A stretch of 64,000 nucleotides of DNA. It comes from an uncultured beta proteobacterium (lineage in GTDB: Bacteria > Pseudomonadota > Gammaproteobacteria > Burkholderiales > JACQAP01). Both the position numbers and the translations under genes were made by a program. Within the stretch, counting starts at the first letter, position 1, and each line of letters begins with the position of its first letter. Location of the stretch: contig CAVOIO010000007.1 of NCBI GenBank assembly GCA_963695915.1, forward strand, positions 4,479 to 68,478, written 5' to 3'. Shown in pieces: positions 1-9,330 of this stretch. The notes beneath the pieces are model-generated. The model did no database searches. It worked only from the letters and a program-made list of their open reading frames with translations, and was not told where the DNA came from.

Positions 1-1
1 G

Positions 2-589
2 CTGTCCTTCAACGCCGTCAGCGCCAAGGCGCTCGCGGCGTCCAAAAAAGCAGCGCTGCCGCGTTCCTACTGGAGCTGGGATGATATGCTCGGGCCGAAC
101 CGCTCGGGATTCTTCCCCTATACCCCGGCCACCAATCTGCTCTACGGACTGCGCGAAGCGCTGCACATGTTGACGGAGGAAGGGCTGGAAAACGTATTCG
201 CGCGCCACTTGCGGCATGGCGAAGCCACGCGCCGCGCGGTGCGTGCCTGGGGCCTGGAAATCCTGTGCGCGAATCCCGACGAATACAGCAATTCGCTCAC
301 CGCGGTTTTACTGCCCGCAGGCCATGACGCCGACAAGGTGCGGGAAATCGTCCTCGATCGCTTCGATATGTCGCTCGGGACGGGGCTGGGAAAAATGCAG
401 GGAAAGGTGTTTCGCATCGGTCATCTCGGCGATTTCAACGACCTGATGCTTGCCGGCACGTTGTGCGGAGTGGAAATGGCCCTGGGACTCGCCGCCGTGC
501 CGATTCGCAGGGAAGGTGTTTCCGCTGCACTCGATTTCCTGGCGGGGGCAACCGCTGCGCGACCGGCTGTGAGGCTCGCGAAAGGCTGA
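2..589 (+). CDS. Class-V PLP aminotransferase (serine--glyoxylate / alanine--glyoxylate type), C-terminal part; 5' end is outside the window
   Basis: Frame is open from base 2 to the stop at 587-589. Translation (..FFPYTPATNLLYGLREAL..GKVFRIGHLGDFNDL..) shows conserved C-terminal blocks of SgaA/AGXT-type enzymes. Confidence 0.75.
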   Translation: MSFNAVSAKALAASKKAALPRSYWSWDDMLGPNRSGFFPYTPATNLLYGLREALHMLTEEGLENVFARHLRHGEATRRAVRAWGLEILCANPDEYSNSLTAVLLPAGHDADKVREIVLDRFDMSLGTGLGKMQGKVFRIGHLGDFNDLMLAGTLCGVEMALGLAAVPIRREGVSAALDFLAGATAARPAVRLAKG

Positions 590-714
590 TCACTGGCGCG
601 TGCCGTCCCGGCGCTGCGGGCAAAGCACTGGTGAAGCCTGTATCGTCCGTCGGAACTGCCGGCGCCCGTGACAGCCTTGTTCGCTGAAGTTATTTCTTTC
701 GAGGGAGGTCGGGG

Positions 715-1440
715 ATGCTGCTGAGGATGCCGCACCGCCAGTTTTTGCTGTTACTCACCGCATTGCTTGCAATCGAATTCGTCATCCTCGCCATCGCGCC
801 GCACGACCGCAAGGACTGGCTTCTTGAGAACGGGCTGGTGGTGCTGTTCGTCGGATTCATGGTCGGCACCTATCGCAAGCTCACGTTATCCCGTATTTCC
901 TACTTCCTCATTTTCGTTTTCCTGTCACTGCATCTGATCGGTGCGCACTACACTTACTCGCTTGTTCCCTACGACGAGTGGTTCCGTGCCATCACGGGCA
1001 GGTCGCTCAACAATCTGCTGGGCTGGGAGCGCAATAACTTCGACCGCGTCGTGCACTTCGGCTACGGATTGCTGCTCGCCTATCCGGTGCGCGAGGTGTT
1101 CCTGCGGGTAGCCAGGCTACGCGGCTTCTGGGGTTACTTCTTCCCGCTTGACATCACCATGTCCACCTCGATGCTCTACGAACTGATCGAATGGGGTGCG
1201 GCGGCCTTCTTCGGCGGCGAGCTGGGGCAGGCTTTTCTCGGTACTCAGGGGGACGTGTGGGACGCGCACAAGGACATGGTACTTGCCAGCGGTGGTGCGC
1301 TGACTGCAATGATGGTGACGGCCGCTCTCAACGCCTGGCTCGAGCACGATTTCGCCGCGGAATGGAATGAAAGCCTGCGGGTAAAGGATCATCGTCCGCT
1401 TGGCGAGGACGAGTTCGCGCGGCTGCGAAACCGCAAGTGA
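715..1440 (+). CDS. DUF2238 (YjdF-like) polytopic inner-membrane protein
   Basis: 241-aa ORF with several hydrophobic segments. Blocks FDRVVHFGYGLLLAYPVRE and LYELIEWG..GTQGDVWDAHKDM match my recollection of YjdF/DUF2238. Start could also be the ATG at 727. Confidence 0.7.
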   Translation: MLLRMPHRQFLLLLTALLAIEFVILAIAPHDRKDWLLENGLVVLFVGFMVGTYRKLTLSRISYFLIFVFLSLHLIGAHYTYSLVPYDEWFRAITGRSLNNLLGWERNNFDRVVHFGYGLLLAYPVREVFLRVARLRGFWGYFFPLDITMSTSMLYELIEWGAAAFFGGELGQAFLGTQGDVWDAHKDMVLASGGALTAMMVTAALNAWLEHDFAAEWNESLRVKDHRPLGEDEFARLRNRK

Positions 1441-1444
1441 GAGT

Positions 1445-1924
1445 TCAGAATTTGAAGCCGAGCGTGAGCATCGCGCCGGCGGTACCGAACACCACCAATT
1501 CGCCGCCAAGCGTGCGCGCCTGAAAACCGATTGCCGGTAGGATGGCGGGCGCGATACCGTACTTGTTAAACGGTATCTGGTCCTTGTACTCGTCCTTATA
1601 GCCGTGAACCAGCCCGCCGGTGAGCTTGGCATAGACCGTCTTGCCGGTATGCGGCATCCAGAAAAGCTTGCCGAGGTAAAAATATTCGGAGGGCTGACCG
1701 AAGGAATTATGAAAGAACGCGCCGCCGACGATCAGCCCGGTCCCGCTGCGGCGTTCGAGGTTGAGCAGCCCTTGATCATTGACGTGGTCAGGCTTGGGAT
1801 CGAAATGGGTCGTGGCGACACTGGTCTGAAAGTAGTAGTAGTGCGACCCCGACAGCTCGTCGGCCGAGGCAACTTCCACCATACCGGCGAGGGCGATCAT
1901 CACCGCAATACTTAATGCCTTCAT
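1445..1924 (-). CDS. Small secreted outer-membrane beta-barrel protein (PagP/PagL-like size and architecture); function unknown
   Basis: 159 aa with an N-terminal signal peptide (MKALSIAVMIALAGMVEVASA). Alternating aromatic/Gly beta-strand pattern and a C-terminal ..LTLGFKF typical of OM barrels. Family assignment is tentative. Confidence 0.5.
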   Translation of the reverse strand: MKALSIAVMIALAGMVEVASADELSGSHYYYFQTSVATTHFDPKPDHVNDQGLLNLERRSGTGLIVGGAFFHNSFGQPSEYFYLGKLFWMPHTGKTVYAKLTGGLVHGYKDEYKDQIPFNKYGIAPAILPAIGFQARTLGGELVVFGTAGAMLTLGFKF

Positions 1925-2164
1925 TTATTTCCCGCCTCCTGCATTGTTTTCCGGACGTTGACTTCAGGCCGCAAGAAATATGCCTTGAGTAAAAGCCCGG
2001 ATCGGGGCAAAACCTTTCACCATTGTAGTCAGAGTTTGATCCGTCGCGAAACGGCGACAGACTCGATTCGGCTGCACGTCGGGGGCTCGGGACGGGCAGA
2101 TCGCCTATCGCCAGCCGGGCGACTAGGCCGAGCAGGAAAAGCAGTACGAGCGGATAGACGCATA

Positions 2165-3160
2165 TCAGCGAGCCGCCGCGCCTGCGGCGACCGCTGGCAA
2201 GAGCGGCTCGACGGCGGCACGGCTAAGGCGGTCATGCACCGCCGCCCACTCCGGCAGATCGGGCGGCGACTCGACGACAAGCAACGCGCATCCGGCGCTG
2301 TCCATCCGCCGCAACAATGCATACAGGTGCTGCGCATATTCCTCCGGGGACTGCGGCGCTACCTGCCAGAGCGCCGCACGGCTGTCCCGTGGCCGGCTGC
2401 GGCGCGCCAGAACGGCGACGGCAGCGCCGGGCGCCTGCCTGCGAATGAAGTTCTCGATCTCGTCCGCGTGCACTCGCGTAAGCGGGGTGCGCGGCGCATA
2501 GTGGGTGGCAAGCGAGCCCGGCACGCGCGGCCGCTCCCCGGCCGGTTCGCCGAGCGGCACCAGCAACGCGTCGGCGATCTGCTGTGCGCTCACGCGTCCG
2601 GGGCGCAGTATGGCCGGCGGTTCACGGGACAGATCGACGATCGTGGATTCGATACCGACGTCGCAGGTTCCGCCGTCCAGAACAATCTCTACGGCGTTGC
2701 CGAGTTCCTCGCGCACGTGCTGTGCCGTAGTTGGGGAAAGTCTGCCAAATTTGTTCGCCGACGGCGCGGCAATGCCCGCGCCGAACGCCTTCAACAATTG
2801 CTGTGCGACGGGATGCCCCGGAACCCGCAATCCAATGGTGTTCTGCCCACCAGAGATCAGATCGTTTACATGCGACGAGCGCTTGAGCACCATGGTGAGC
2901 GGGCCCGGCCAGAACTTCTCCGCAAGCAACCATGCAGCACGCGGCACCTCCGCCGCCCAGTGTTTCAGTTCGCTCATGTCGGCGATGTGGACAATTAGCG
3001 GATGGTCAGCGGGACGGCCCTTGGCGGCAAAGATCTTTCTTAAGGCGGCGGGATTGGACGCATCCGCGCCGAGTCCGTACACGGTCTCAGTCGGAAACGC
3101 CACCAGACCTCCCGCGCGGAGGATCTCTGCGGCTTTCTCGATCTCCTGGTCAGTCGTCAA
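2165..3160 (-). CDS. tsaC: L-threonylcarbamoyladenylate synthase, long Sua5-type (YrdC domain plus Sua5 C-domain)
   Basis: 331-aa ORF with a TTG start. Contains LVAFPTETVYGLGADA, KGRPADHPLIVH and SANKFGR motifs of the YrdC/Sua5 family. Confidence 0.85.
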   Translation of the reverse strand: MTTDQEIEKAAEILRAGGLVAFPTETVYGLGADASNPAALRKIFAAKGRPADHPLIVHIADMSELKHWAAEVPRAAWLLAEKFWPGPLTMVLKRSSHVNDLISGGQNTIGLRVPGHPVAQQLLKAFGAGIAAPSANKFGRLSPTTAQHVREELGNAVEIVLDGGTCDVGIESTIVDLSREPPAILRPGRVSAQQIADALLVPLGEPAGERPRVPGSLATHYAPRTPLTRVHADEIENFIRRQAPGAAVAVLARRSRPRDSRAALWQVAPQSPEEYAQHLYALLRRMDSAGCALLVVESPPDLPEWAAVHDRLSRAAVEPLLPAVAAGAAAR

Positions 3161-3178
3161 TTAGGAACAACCTCTTTT

Positions 3179-3353
3179 AACACGCAGGGTTACGAAGGAA
3201 GTACGAAGGTCCACGAGGGAAACCAACAATTGTCTTGTCGAAAATTCGAGCGCTGTCATGCCACGGGGCAACCTAAACAATATGGAAATTTCTACTACGC
3301 ATTTTCTTTCCTTCGTTTTCCTTTCTTGCTCTTCCTTCGTGACCCTTCGTGTT
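3179..3353. repeat. Imperfect inverted repeat (23-nt arms at 3179-3201 and 3331-3353, 21/23 complementary), built from ACGAAGG/CCTTCGT heptamers
   Basis: Left arm is aacacgcagggttacgaaggaag; the reverse complement of the right arm is aacacgaagggtcacgaaggaag. Three ACGA(A/G)GG copies lie on the left and three CCTTCGT copies on the right. It sits in the purC-tsaC spacer. Confidence 0.6.
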
Positions 3354-3376
3354 GAATGCGTTTCGCCTTCACGCAC

Positions 3377-4264
3377 TCAAGTAGTCAGAAGTCTGAGCGC
3401 CTCTTCGTATTTTTCAGCTGTCTTTTTGAGCACGTCGGCGGGCAGTGTCGGCGCCGGCGGCTGCTTGTTCCATTTCTGCGATTCCAGCCAGTCGCGCACG
3501 AACTGCTTGTCGAATGAGGGTGGGCTGATCCCGACCCGGTACTGGTCCTTCGGCCAGAAGCGCGATGAATCCGGCGTCAGCGCCTCATCGATCAGGTACA
3601 GTTTGCCGTTGGCATCGCGGCCAAACTCGAACTTGGTGTCGGCAATGATAATGCCGCGGGTGGCGGCATAGGCCGCCGCCTCGGAATAGAGCTGGATCGC
3701 CTTGTCGCGTACCTGTCCCGCCAGGTCCTTGCCAATCAGCTTTTCCATCTCCGAGAAACGAATGTTTTCATCGTGCGTTCCGATTGCAGCCTTGGTGGAC
3801 GGCGTAAAAATCGGCCTGGACAGTCGTTGCGCCTCTTTCAGCCCGGCGGGCAGCGGGATACCGCAGATCATCTGGGTCGTCTGGTAATCCTTCCAGCCCG
3901 AACCGGAAATGTAACCGCGCACGATCGCTTCGATGGGCAGCGGCTGCAAGCGCCGCACCACGAAGGCACGCCCCTGTACCTGGCCGCGCTCCGATTCGGC
4001 GACCAGCGTCTCTGGTGCCACGTCGAGCAAGTGATTCGGGATCACGTGGCGGAGCTTCCTGAACCAGAAGTTCGACATCTCGGTGAGCACCCGGCCCTTG
4101 CCCGGCACCGGAGTGGGAAGAATTACATCAAATGCCGACAAGCGGTCGGTCTGCACGATCAGCAAACGCTCGTCGTCCACCGCGTAAAGGTCGCGCACCT
4201 TGCCGCGATGGATCAACTCGAGCGATTTCAGGCTGGTCTCGAGGATGGCTTGGGTTGCATTCAT
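3377..4264 (-). CDS. purC: Phosphoribosylaminoimidazole-succinocarboxamide synthase (long form)
   Basis: 295 aa. N-terminal ..[11 protein letters not shown].., DRLSAFD and ADTKFEFG are SAICAR synthase signatures. Confidence 0.9.
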   Translation of the reverse strand: MNATQAILETSLKSLELIHRGKVRDLYAVDDERLLIVQTDRLSAFDVILPTPVPGKGRVLTEMSNFWFRKLRHVIPNHLLDVAPETLVAESERGQVQGRAFVVRRLQPLPIEAIVRGYISGSGWKDYQTTQMICGIPLPAGLKEAQRLSRPIFTPSTKAAIGTHDENIRFSEMEKLIGKDLAGQVRDKAIQLYSEAAAYAATRGIIIADTKFEFGRDANGKLYLIDEALTPDSSRFWPKDQYRVGISPPSFDKQFVRDWLESQKWNKQPPAPTLPADVLKKTAEKYEEALRLLTT

Positions 4265-4286
4265 ATTTACTTCGTCACGGGTTCAA

Positions 4287-4796
4287 TCAGGATAGATCAG
4301 GCAGCTTTGCCGCTTTCACCGCGTCCGCCTGCTTCATTCGGAATGCCTGCAGGCGCTTGGCCAATCTGGCGTCGTTCAGCGCCAGCATTGCCACCGCGAA
4401 CAATCCGGCGTTGGCGGAGCCGCCGTCGCCGATTGCAAACGTGGCGACCGGAATGCCTTTTGGCATCTGCACCATGGACAGCAGCGAGTCGAGGCCGCCG
4501 AGGTGCTTTGAGGGAATCGGCACCGCCAGCACCGGCAGGGTGGTCAGCGCTGCGATGACTCCGGCGAGATGCGCGGCACCGCCGGCACCGGCGATGAAGC
4601 ATTGCGTTCCGCCCTCTATGCATTTTCTTACATACTCCGCAAGCAGTTCCGGAGTGCGGTGGGCGGACAACACGCGCGCCTCGTAGGGAACGTCGAAGTC
4701 CTTCAACTGCCGCGCCGCGTACTGCATTACGTCCCAGTCGTTGCTGCTCCCCATCACGATCGAGACGACTGTCGCGGCCGCTTTCCTGGTTGCCAT
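4287..4796 (-). CDS. purE: N5-carboxyaminoimidazole ribonucleotide mutase
   Basis: 169 aa. Contains VSIVMGSSNDW, SAHRTP and GAGGAAHLAGV motifs. Confidence 0.9.
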   Translation of the reverse strand: MATRKAAATVVSIVMGSSNDWDVMQYAARQLKDFDVPYEARVLSAHRTPELLAEYVRKCIEGGTQCFIAGAGGAAHLAGVIAALTTLPVLAVPIPSKHLGGLDSLLSMVQMPKGIPVATFAIGDGGSANAGLFAVAMLALNDARLAKRLQAFRMKQADAVKAAKLPDLS

Positions 4797-4887
4797 GATT
4801 GCTCCTGAAGTAGTCGGACGTAGTAATCAGTCAGTATTCAAAAGCCGAGACACCGAAAAACTCCCTCTCGCCTCACGCCTCTCCTGC

Positions 4888-6321
4888 CTACGGTTTATGG
4901 CTCTCGCCGACCTTGAGGATCTTCATGGTATTGGTGCCGCCGGGCGCGCCGATGGGCTCGCCGAAAGTGATCACGATCAGGTCACCCTTCTGCACCAGCC
5001 CGGCGGAGACCAGTTGCTCTTCCGCCTCCTGCAGGAGGTAGTCGCGGTCGTGGCCGATGTACTTGATCATCAGCGGATAGACATCACGGTACAGGCTCAA
5101 CCGGTAACGCGTGGAGATTTCCGGTGTCAACGCGTAAATCGGCACCCCGCAGTTGAGGCGCGAAATCCATAGCGCCGTGGAGCCGGACTGGGTCAGCGCC
5201 GCGATCGCCTTGACTTTCAGGTGATACGCGGTAAATAGCGCCGCCATTGCGATTGACTGGTCCACGCGGGTGAACACACGATCGAGGAATTCGCGGTCCA
5301 GCGTTACCTCGGCGGATTTCTCCGCTTCCAGGCAAATGCGCGCCATTGCCTCGACGGTTTCAACCGGATATTTTCCGCTGGCCGTCTCCGCGGAGAGCAT
5401 CACTGCATCCGTGCCGTCGAGAACCGCGTTCGCCACGTCGGAAACTTCCGCGCGCGTGGGCACCGGGCTCGAGATCATCGACTCCATCATCTGCGTTGCC
5501 GTGATGGTGAGCTTGTTGCGCTCACGCGCGGTACGAATCATGCGTTTCTGCAGCGCCGGCACCGCGGCATCGCCGACTTCCACGGCAAGATCGCCACGCG
5601 CTACCATGATGCCATCGCTGGCCTCCATGATCTCCTCCATGGCGGCGATCGCTTCGGCACGTTCCATTTTGGCTATCAACGTCGAGCGACCGCCGGCCGC
5701 GCGCATCAGCTCCTTTGCCATGTACATGTCGGCGCCGCTTTTTGGGAAAGACACCGCCAGGAAATCCGCCTTCATCAACACCGACGTCTTGATGTCCTCC
5801 ATGTCCTTTGCGGTCAGCGCGGGGGCAGTCAGGCCCCCACCCTGGCGGTTGATGCCTTTGTTGTTCGAAAGAACGCCGCCCACGCGCACGGTAGTGGTGA
5901 TCTCGCTGCCCTGAACCTTCTGCACATCGAGTACCACCTTGCCGTCGTCCAGCAGCAGCACCGAGCCCGGCGAGACGTCACGCGGCAGTTCCTTGTAGTC
6001 CAGGCCCACGCGTTCCTGGTTTCCGATTGGAACCTCGGCATCAAGTACGAATACGTCGCCTTTGTTGAGTGTGACTTTTCCTTTTTCAAACTTGCCGATG
6101 CGGATCTTCGGTCCCTGCAGGTCGCACATGATGCCGACTGTGCGTTCCATGGTGCGCGCTGCCTCGCGCACCAGTTCCGCGCGCGCCAGGTGTTCCTCGG
6201 CGCTGCCGTGGGAAAAATTCATGCGTACCACGTCGACACCGGCCGCGATCATTCGCGTCAGCACTTCGTGGTCGTTGGATGCGGGGCCGAGGGTGGTTAC
6301 AATTTTTGTACTTCGTTGCAT
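4888..6321 (-). CDS. pyk: Pyruvate kinase
   Basis: 477 aa. Contains TKIVTTLGPAS, RMNFSHG, MVARGDLAVE and ATQMMESM motifs. Confidence 0.93.
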   Translation of the reverse strand: MQRSTKIVTTLGPASNDHEVLTRMIAAGVDVVRMNFSHGSAEEHLARAELVREAARTMERTVGIMCDLQGPKIRIGKFEKGKVTLNKGDVFVLDAEVPIGNQERVGLDYKELPRDVSPGSVLLLDDGKVVLDVQKVQGSEITTTVRVGGVLSNNKGINRQGGGLTAPALTAKDMEDIKTSVLMKADFLAVSFPKSGADMYMAKELMRAAGGRSTLIAKMERAEAIAAMEEIMEASDGIMVARGDLAVEVGDAAVPALQKRMIRTARERNKLTITATQMMESMISSPVPTRAEVSDVANAVLDGTDAVMLSAETASGKYPVETVEAMARICLEAEKSAEVTLDREFLDRVFTRVDQSIAMAALFTAYHLKVKAIAALTQSGSTALWISRLNCGVPIYALTPEISTRYRLSLYRDVYPLMIKYIGHDRDYLLQEAEEQLVSAGLVQKGDLIVITFGEPIGAPGGTNTMKILKVGESHKP

Positions 6322-6333
6322 ATCGTGGTGAGG

Positions 6334-7515
6334 TTATTGTTTGGCGCGCTGTTCGAGAATTTCCACGGCCGGAAGTTTCTTGCCCTCCAGAAATTCCAGG
6401 AAAGCGCCGCCGCCGGTGGAAATGTAGCCGATTTTTTTCTCGATCCCGTACTTGGCGATCGCCGCAACCGTATCGCCGCCGCCTGCGATCGAGTACGCTG
6501 GAGAGGCCGCGATGGCATGCGCAATGGTTTTCGTCCCTTCGCCGAACTGGCCGAACTCGAACACGCCCACCGGGCCGTTCCAGACGATGGTCCCGGCCTT
6601 GCGCAGCGCGTCGGCGAGCTTACTGGCAGTCTTCGGGCCGATGTCGAGGATCAGGTCATCGGCCGCAACGTCGCCCGCGTCCTTCACCGTCGCTTTGGCA
6701 TTCGCGGAAAATTCCTTGGCGCACACCACGTCCACCGGGATTGGTACGACCCCGCCCTTCGCCTTGATAGCTTCGATGATCCTCTTCGCCTCGCCGACCA
6801 GATCGGCCTCAACCAGCGACTTGCCGACCGGCAGGCCCTCTGCAAGCATGAAAGTATTGGCGATGCCGCCGCCGACGATCAGGTGATCCACTTTTTCTGC
6901 CAGTTCACCCAGGATGCTGAGCTTGGTGGAGACCTTGGAGCCGGCAACAACCGCCACCAACGGCCGTTTCGGCGCGGTCAGCGCCCTGCCCAATGCTTCC
7001 AGCTCGGCTGCCATCAGCGGCCCGGCGCAGGCGACCGGCGCAAACCTGGCGAGTCCATGGGTGGTCGCTTCGGCGCGATGCGCGGTTCCGAATGCGTCGT
7101 TCACGTAAACGTCGCACAGGCCCGCCATTTTCCTGGCCAGGGTTTCGTCATTCTTCTTTTCACCCTTGTTGACACGGCAATTCTCGAGCAGCACGACTTG
7201 GCCTGGTTTCACTTCCACGCCCTCGACCCAGTTCGTCCTAAGTGGAACTGGAATGCCGAGAAGTTCCGACAATCGCTTTGCCACAGGTGCCAGCGAATCT
7301 TCGGGCTTGAACTCGCCCTCGGTCGGTCGGCCGAGGTGTGAGGTCACCATCACAGCGGCGCCGGCGTTCAGCGCGTGCCGGATGGCCGGCACCGAGGCGC
7401 GGATGCGGGTGTCGTCGCTGATATTGCCGGCGTCGTCCTGCGGCACGTTCAGATCCGCGCGGATGAACACGCGCTTGCCGCGCAGATCGAGATCGGTCAT
7501 GCGCAGGATCTTCAT
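6334..7515 (-). CDS. pgk: Phosphoglycerate kinase
   Basis: 393 aa. Contains [25 protein letters not shown] and STGGGA motifs. Confidence 0.93.
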   Translation of the reverse strand: MKILRMTDLDLRGKRVFIRADLNVPQDDAGNISDDTRIRASVPAIRHALNAGAAVMVTSHLGRPTEGEFKPEDSLAPVAKRLSELLGIPVPLRTNWVEGVEVKPGQVVLLENCRVNKGEKKNDETLARKMAGLCDVYVNDAFGTAHRAEATTHGLARFAPVACAGPLMAAELEALGRALTAPKRPLVAVVAGSKVSTKLSILGELAEKVDHLIVGGGIANTFMLAEGLPVGKSLVEADLVGEAKRIIEAIKAKGGVVPIPVDVVCAKEFSANAKATVKDAGDVAADDLILDIGPKTASKLADALRKAGTIVWNGPVGVFEFGQFGEGTKTIAHAIAASPAYSIAGGGDTVAAIAKYGIEKKIGYISTGGGAFLEFLEGKKLPAVEILEQRAKQ

Positions 7516-7550
7516 GGTCTCAAGTCAACGCCTTTCCGCCACAAAGTACA

Positions 7551-7614
7551 CAGCGGGCACAGAGAAAACGGCCCGTGAAATCTCCGGCCTCTGTTTCCTC
7601 TGTGCCCACTGCGG
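7551..7614 (-). other. Long imperfect hairpin in the gap-pgk spacer (possible weak terminator or processing structure)
   Basis: Arm cagcgggcacagagaaaacggcc pairs with ggcctctgtttcctctgtgcccactgcgg, with about 20 paired positions. On the minus-strand transcript only a partly T-rich tail follows. Confidence 0.3.
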
Positions 7615-7632
7615 CAAATGCTTCTGCCTACT

Positions 7633-8146
7633 TCGCGTTCATCAGCGCAACCGTCACATCCAGCATCCGGTTGCTGAAGCCGTGGAATTGTGGCTCCCGC
7701 CGCTTGCTTCGCGCGCTTAACCTGGCGCGCCGCCGCGCCAGGTTAGCGTCCGCCGCAACGAGTGGGGCAACGGGTACCGTCATCATCTCGCGTTCATCAG
7801 CGCAACCGTCACATCCAGCATCCGGTTGCTGAAGCCGTGGAATTGTGGCTCCCGCCGCTTGCTTCGCGCGCTTAACCTGGCGCGCCGCCGCGCCAGGTTA
7901 GCGTCCGCCGCAACGAGTGGGGCAACGGGTACCGTCATCATCTCGCGTTCATCAGCGCAACCGTCACATCCAGCATCCGGTTGCTGAAGCCGTGGAATTG
8001 TGGCTCCCGCCGCTTGCTTCGCGCGCTTAACCTGGCGCGCCGCCGCGCCAGGTTAGCGTCCGCCGCAACGAGTGGGGCAACGGGTACCGTCATCATCTCG
8101 CGTTCATCAGCGCAACCGTCACATCCAGCATCCGGTTGCTGAAGCC
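7633..8146. repeat. Tandem direct repeat: 155-bp unit x3 perfect copies, plus a 49-nt partial copy that is the true 3' end of gap
   Basis: Unit starts at 7633, 7788, 7943 and 8098 are identical by eye. Each unit holds the last 49 nt of gap ([17 protein letters not shown] plus stop) and 106 nt of 3' flank. The flank includes a 12-bp-stem hairpin taacctggcgcg-ccgc-cgcgccaggtta (7718-7745, 7873-7900, 8028-8055). Confidence 0.9.
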
Positions 8147-9106
8147 CCATTCGTTGTCATACCAGGAGCAAACCTTCACCAGCGTACCTTCCGAGACCTT
8201 GGTGAGCGTCGAATCGAAAACAGAGGAAGCCGGATTATGGTTGAAGTCAACCGACACCAGTGGATCCTTGTTGTACTCCAGGATGCCCTTGAGATCGGAC
8301 TCCGACGACTGTTTTACCGCGTTGTTCACTTCTTCGACCGTGGTCGTGCGCTTGGCGACGAATGCGAGGTCCACCAGCGACACGTTGATGGTTGGGACGC
8401 GGATCGCGAAGCCGTCGAGTTTTCCGTTCAGTTCCGGCAGCACCAGGCCCACCGCTGCAGCGGCGCCTGTCTTTGTGGGAATCATCGACATGGTCGCAGA
8501 GCGTGCGCGGCGCAGGTCGGTGTGATACACGTCGGTCAGCACCTGGTCGTTGGTGTAGGCGTGTATGGTGGTCATCAGGCCGTTGACCACGCCAATGCGG
8601 TCGTTCAACGCCTTTACCATCGGCGCCAGGCAGTTGGTGGTACAACTGGCATTGGAAATTACGGTGTGAGCCGCTTTCAGTGTGTGATGATTGACGCCGT
8701 ACACCACGGTCGCATCCACGTCCTTGTCGCCCGGCGAGGAAATGATGACCTTCTTTGCACCCGCGCTTAGGTGCGCGCCGGCTTTGGCCTTGCTGGTGAA
8801 GAGTCCTGTGCACTCGAGAACCATGTCCACGCCGAGTTCTTTCCAAGGCAGTTCGGCCGGATTTCTCTGCGCGCACACTTTGATCCTGTCGCCGTTGATG
8901 ACAAGGAAATCCCCGTCGACCGCAACGCTGCCCGGAAACTTGCCGTGCACCGTGTCATATGTGGTGAGGTGCGCATTGATCTTCGCATCACCGAGGTCGT
9001 TGATCGCGACGATCTGCATGCCGTGTTTCTTGCCGCCCTCGTAATGGGCACGCAGGATATTGCGGCCGATGCGCCCGTAGCCGTTTATTGCAACCCGGAT
9101 GGTCAT
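8093..9106 (-). CDS. gap: Glyceraldehyde-3-phosphate dehydrogenase
   Basis: 337 aa. Contains INGYGRIGR and the catalytic [12 protein letters not shown] motif, and ends [14 protein letters not shown]. Confidence 0.93.
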   Translation of the reverse strand: MTIRVAINGYGRIGRNILRAHYEGGKKHGMQIVAINDLGDAKINAHLTTYDTVHGKFPGSVAVDGDFLVINGDRIKVCAQRNPAELPWKELGVDMVLECTGLFTSKAKAGAHLSAGAKKVIISSPGDKDVDATVVYGVNHHTLKAAHTVISNASCTTNCLAPMVKALNDRIGVVNGLMTTIHAYTNDQVLTDVYHTDLRRARSATMSMIPTKTGAAAAVGLVLPELNGKLDGFAIRVPTINVSLVDLAFVAKRTTTVEEVNNAVKQSSESDLKGILEYNKDPLVSVDFNHNPASSVFDSTLTKVSEGTLVKVCSWYDNEWGFSNRMLDVTVALMNAR

Positions 9107-9330
9107 GAATGGAGCCCCCTGAAAGAACCGAATTTTACTTTACTGCGCCGCCGACTCCCAGCAATGATGCGACGCGGTGGCGAACGTGATTGCGCTGTCC
9201 GGGAGCGTCTCCTATAGTACGAGAAGCGACCGCCCCGCGGCGGCGGCGGCAATAATCACCAAGACCGTTCCTGAACGCCGGCGACAGGCGTCGGTGCGAC
9301 GTTTATAAACAATGACACTTGGAGGAGCAA

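Noticed and set aside
2031-2041. agagtttgatc, identical to the first 11 nt of the universal 16S 27F primer site
   Set aside because: The match stops after 11 nt and no rRNA-like sequence follows, so it is coincidence.
1958-2998. 346-aa plus-strand ORF
   Set aside because: It is antisense to tsaC (Sua5) and is an Arg-rich shadow ORF.
6190-7341. 383-aa plus-strand ORF
   Set aside because: It is antisense to pgk, which is unambiguous, and the sequence is low-complexity and Arg/Gly-rich.
7633-8146. The regular 155-bp periodicity considered as a CRISPR array
   Set aside because: The units are contiguous and fully identical with no unique spacers. The unit includes coding sequence of gap, and no cas genes are nearby.
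7938-8150. 70-aa minus-strand ORF inside the repeat array (ends ..[17 protein letters not shown])
   Set aside because: It is a by-product of the duplicated gap tail. The frame is created only because the unit length is 3n+2, and there is no independent coding evidence.
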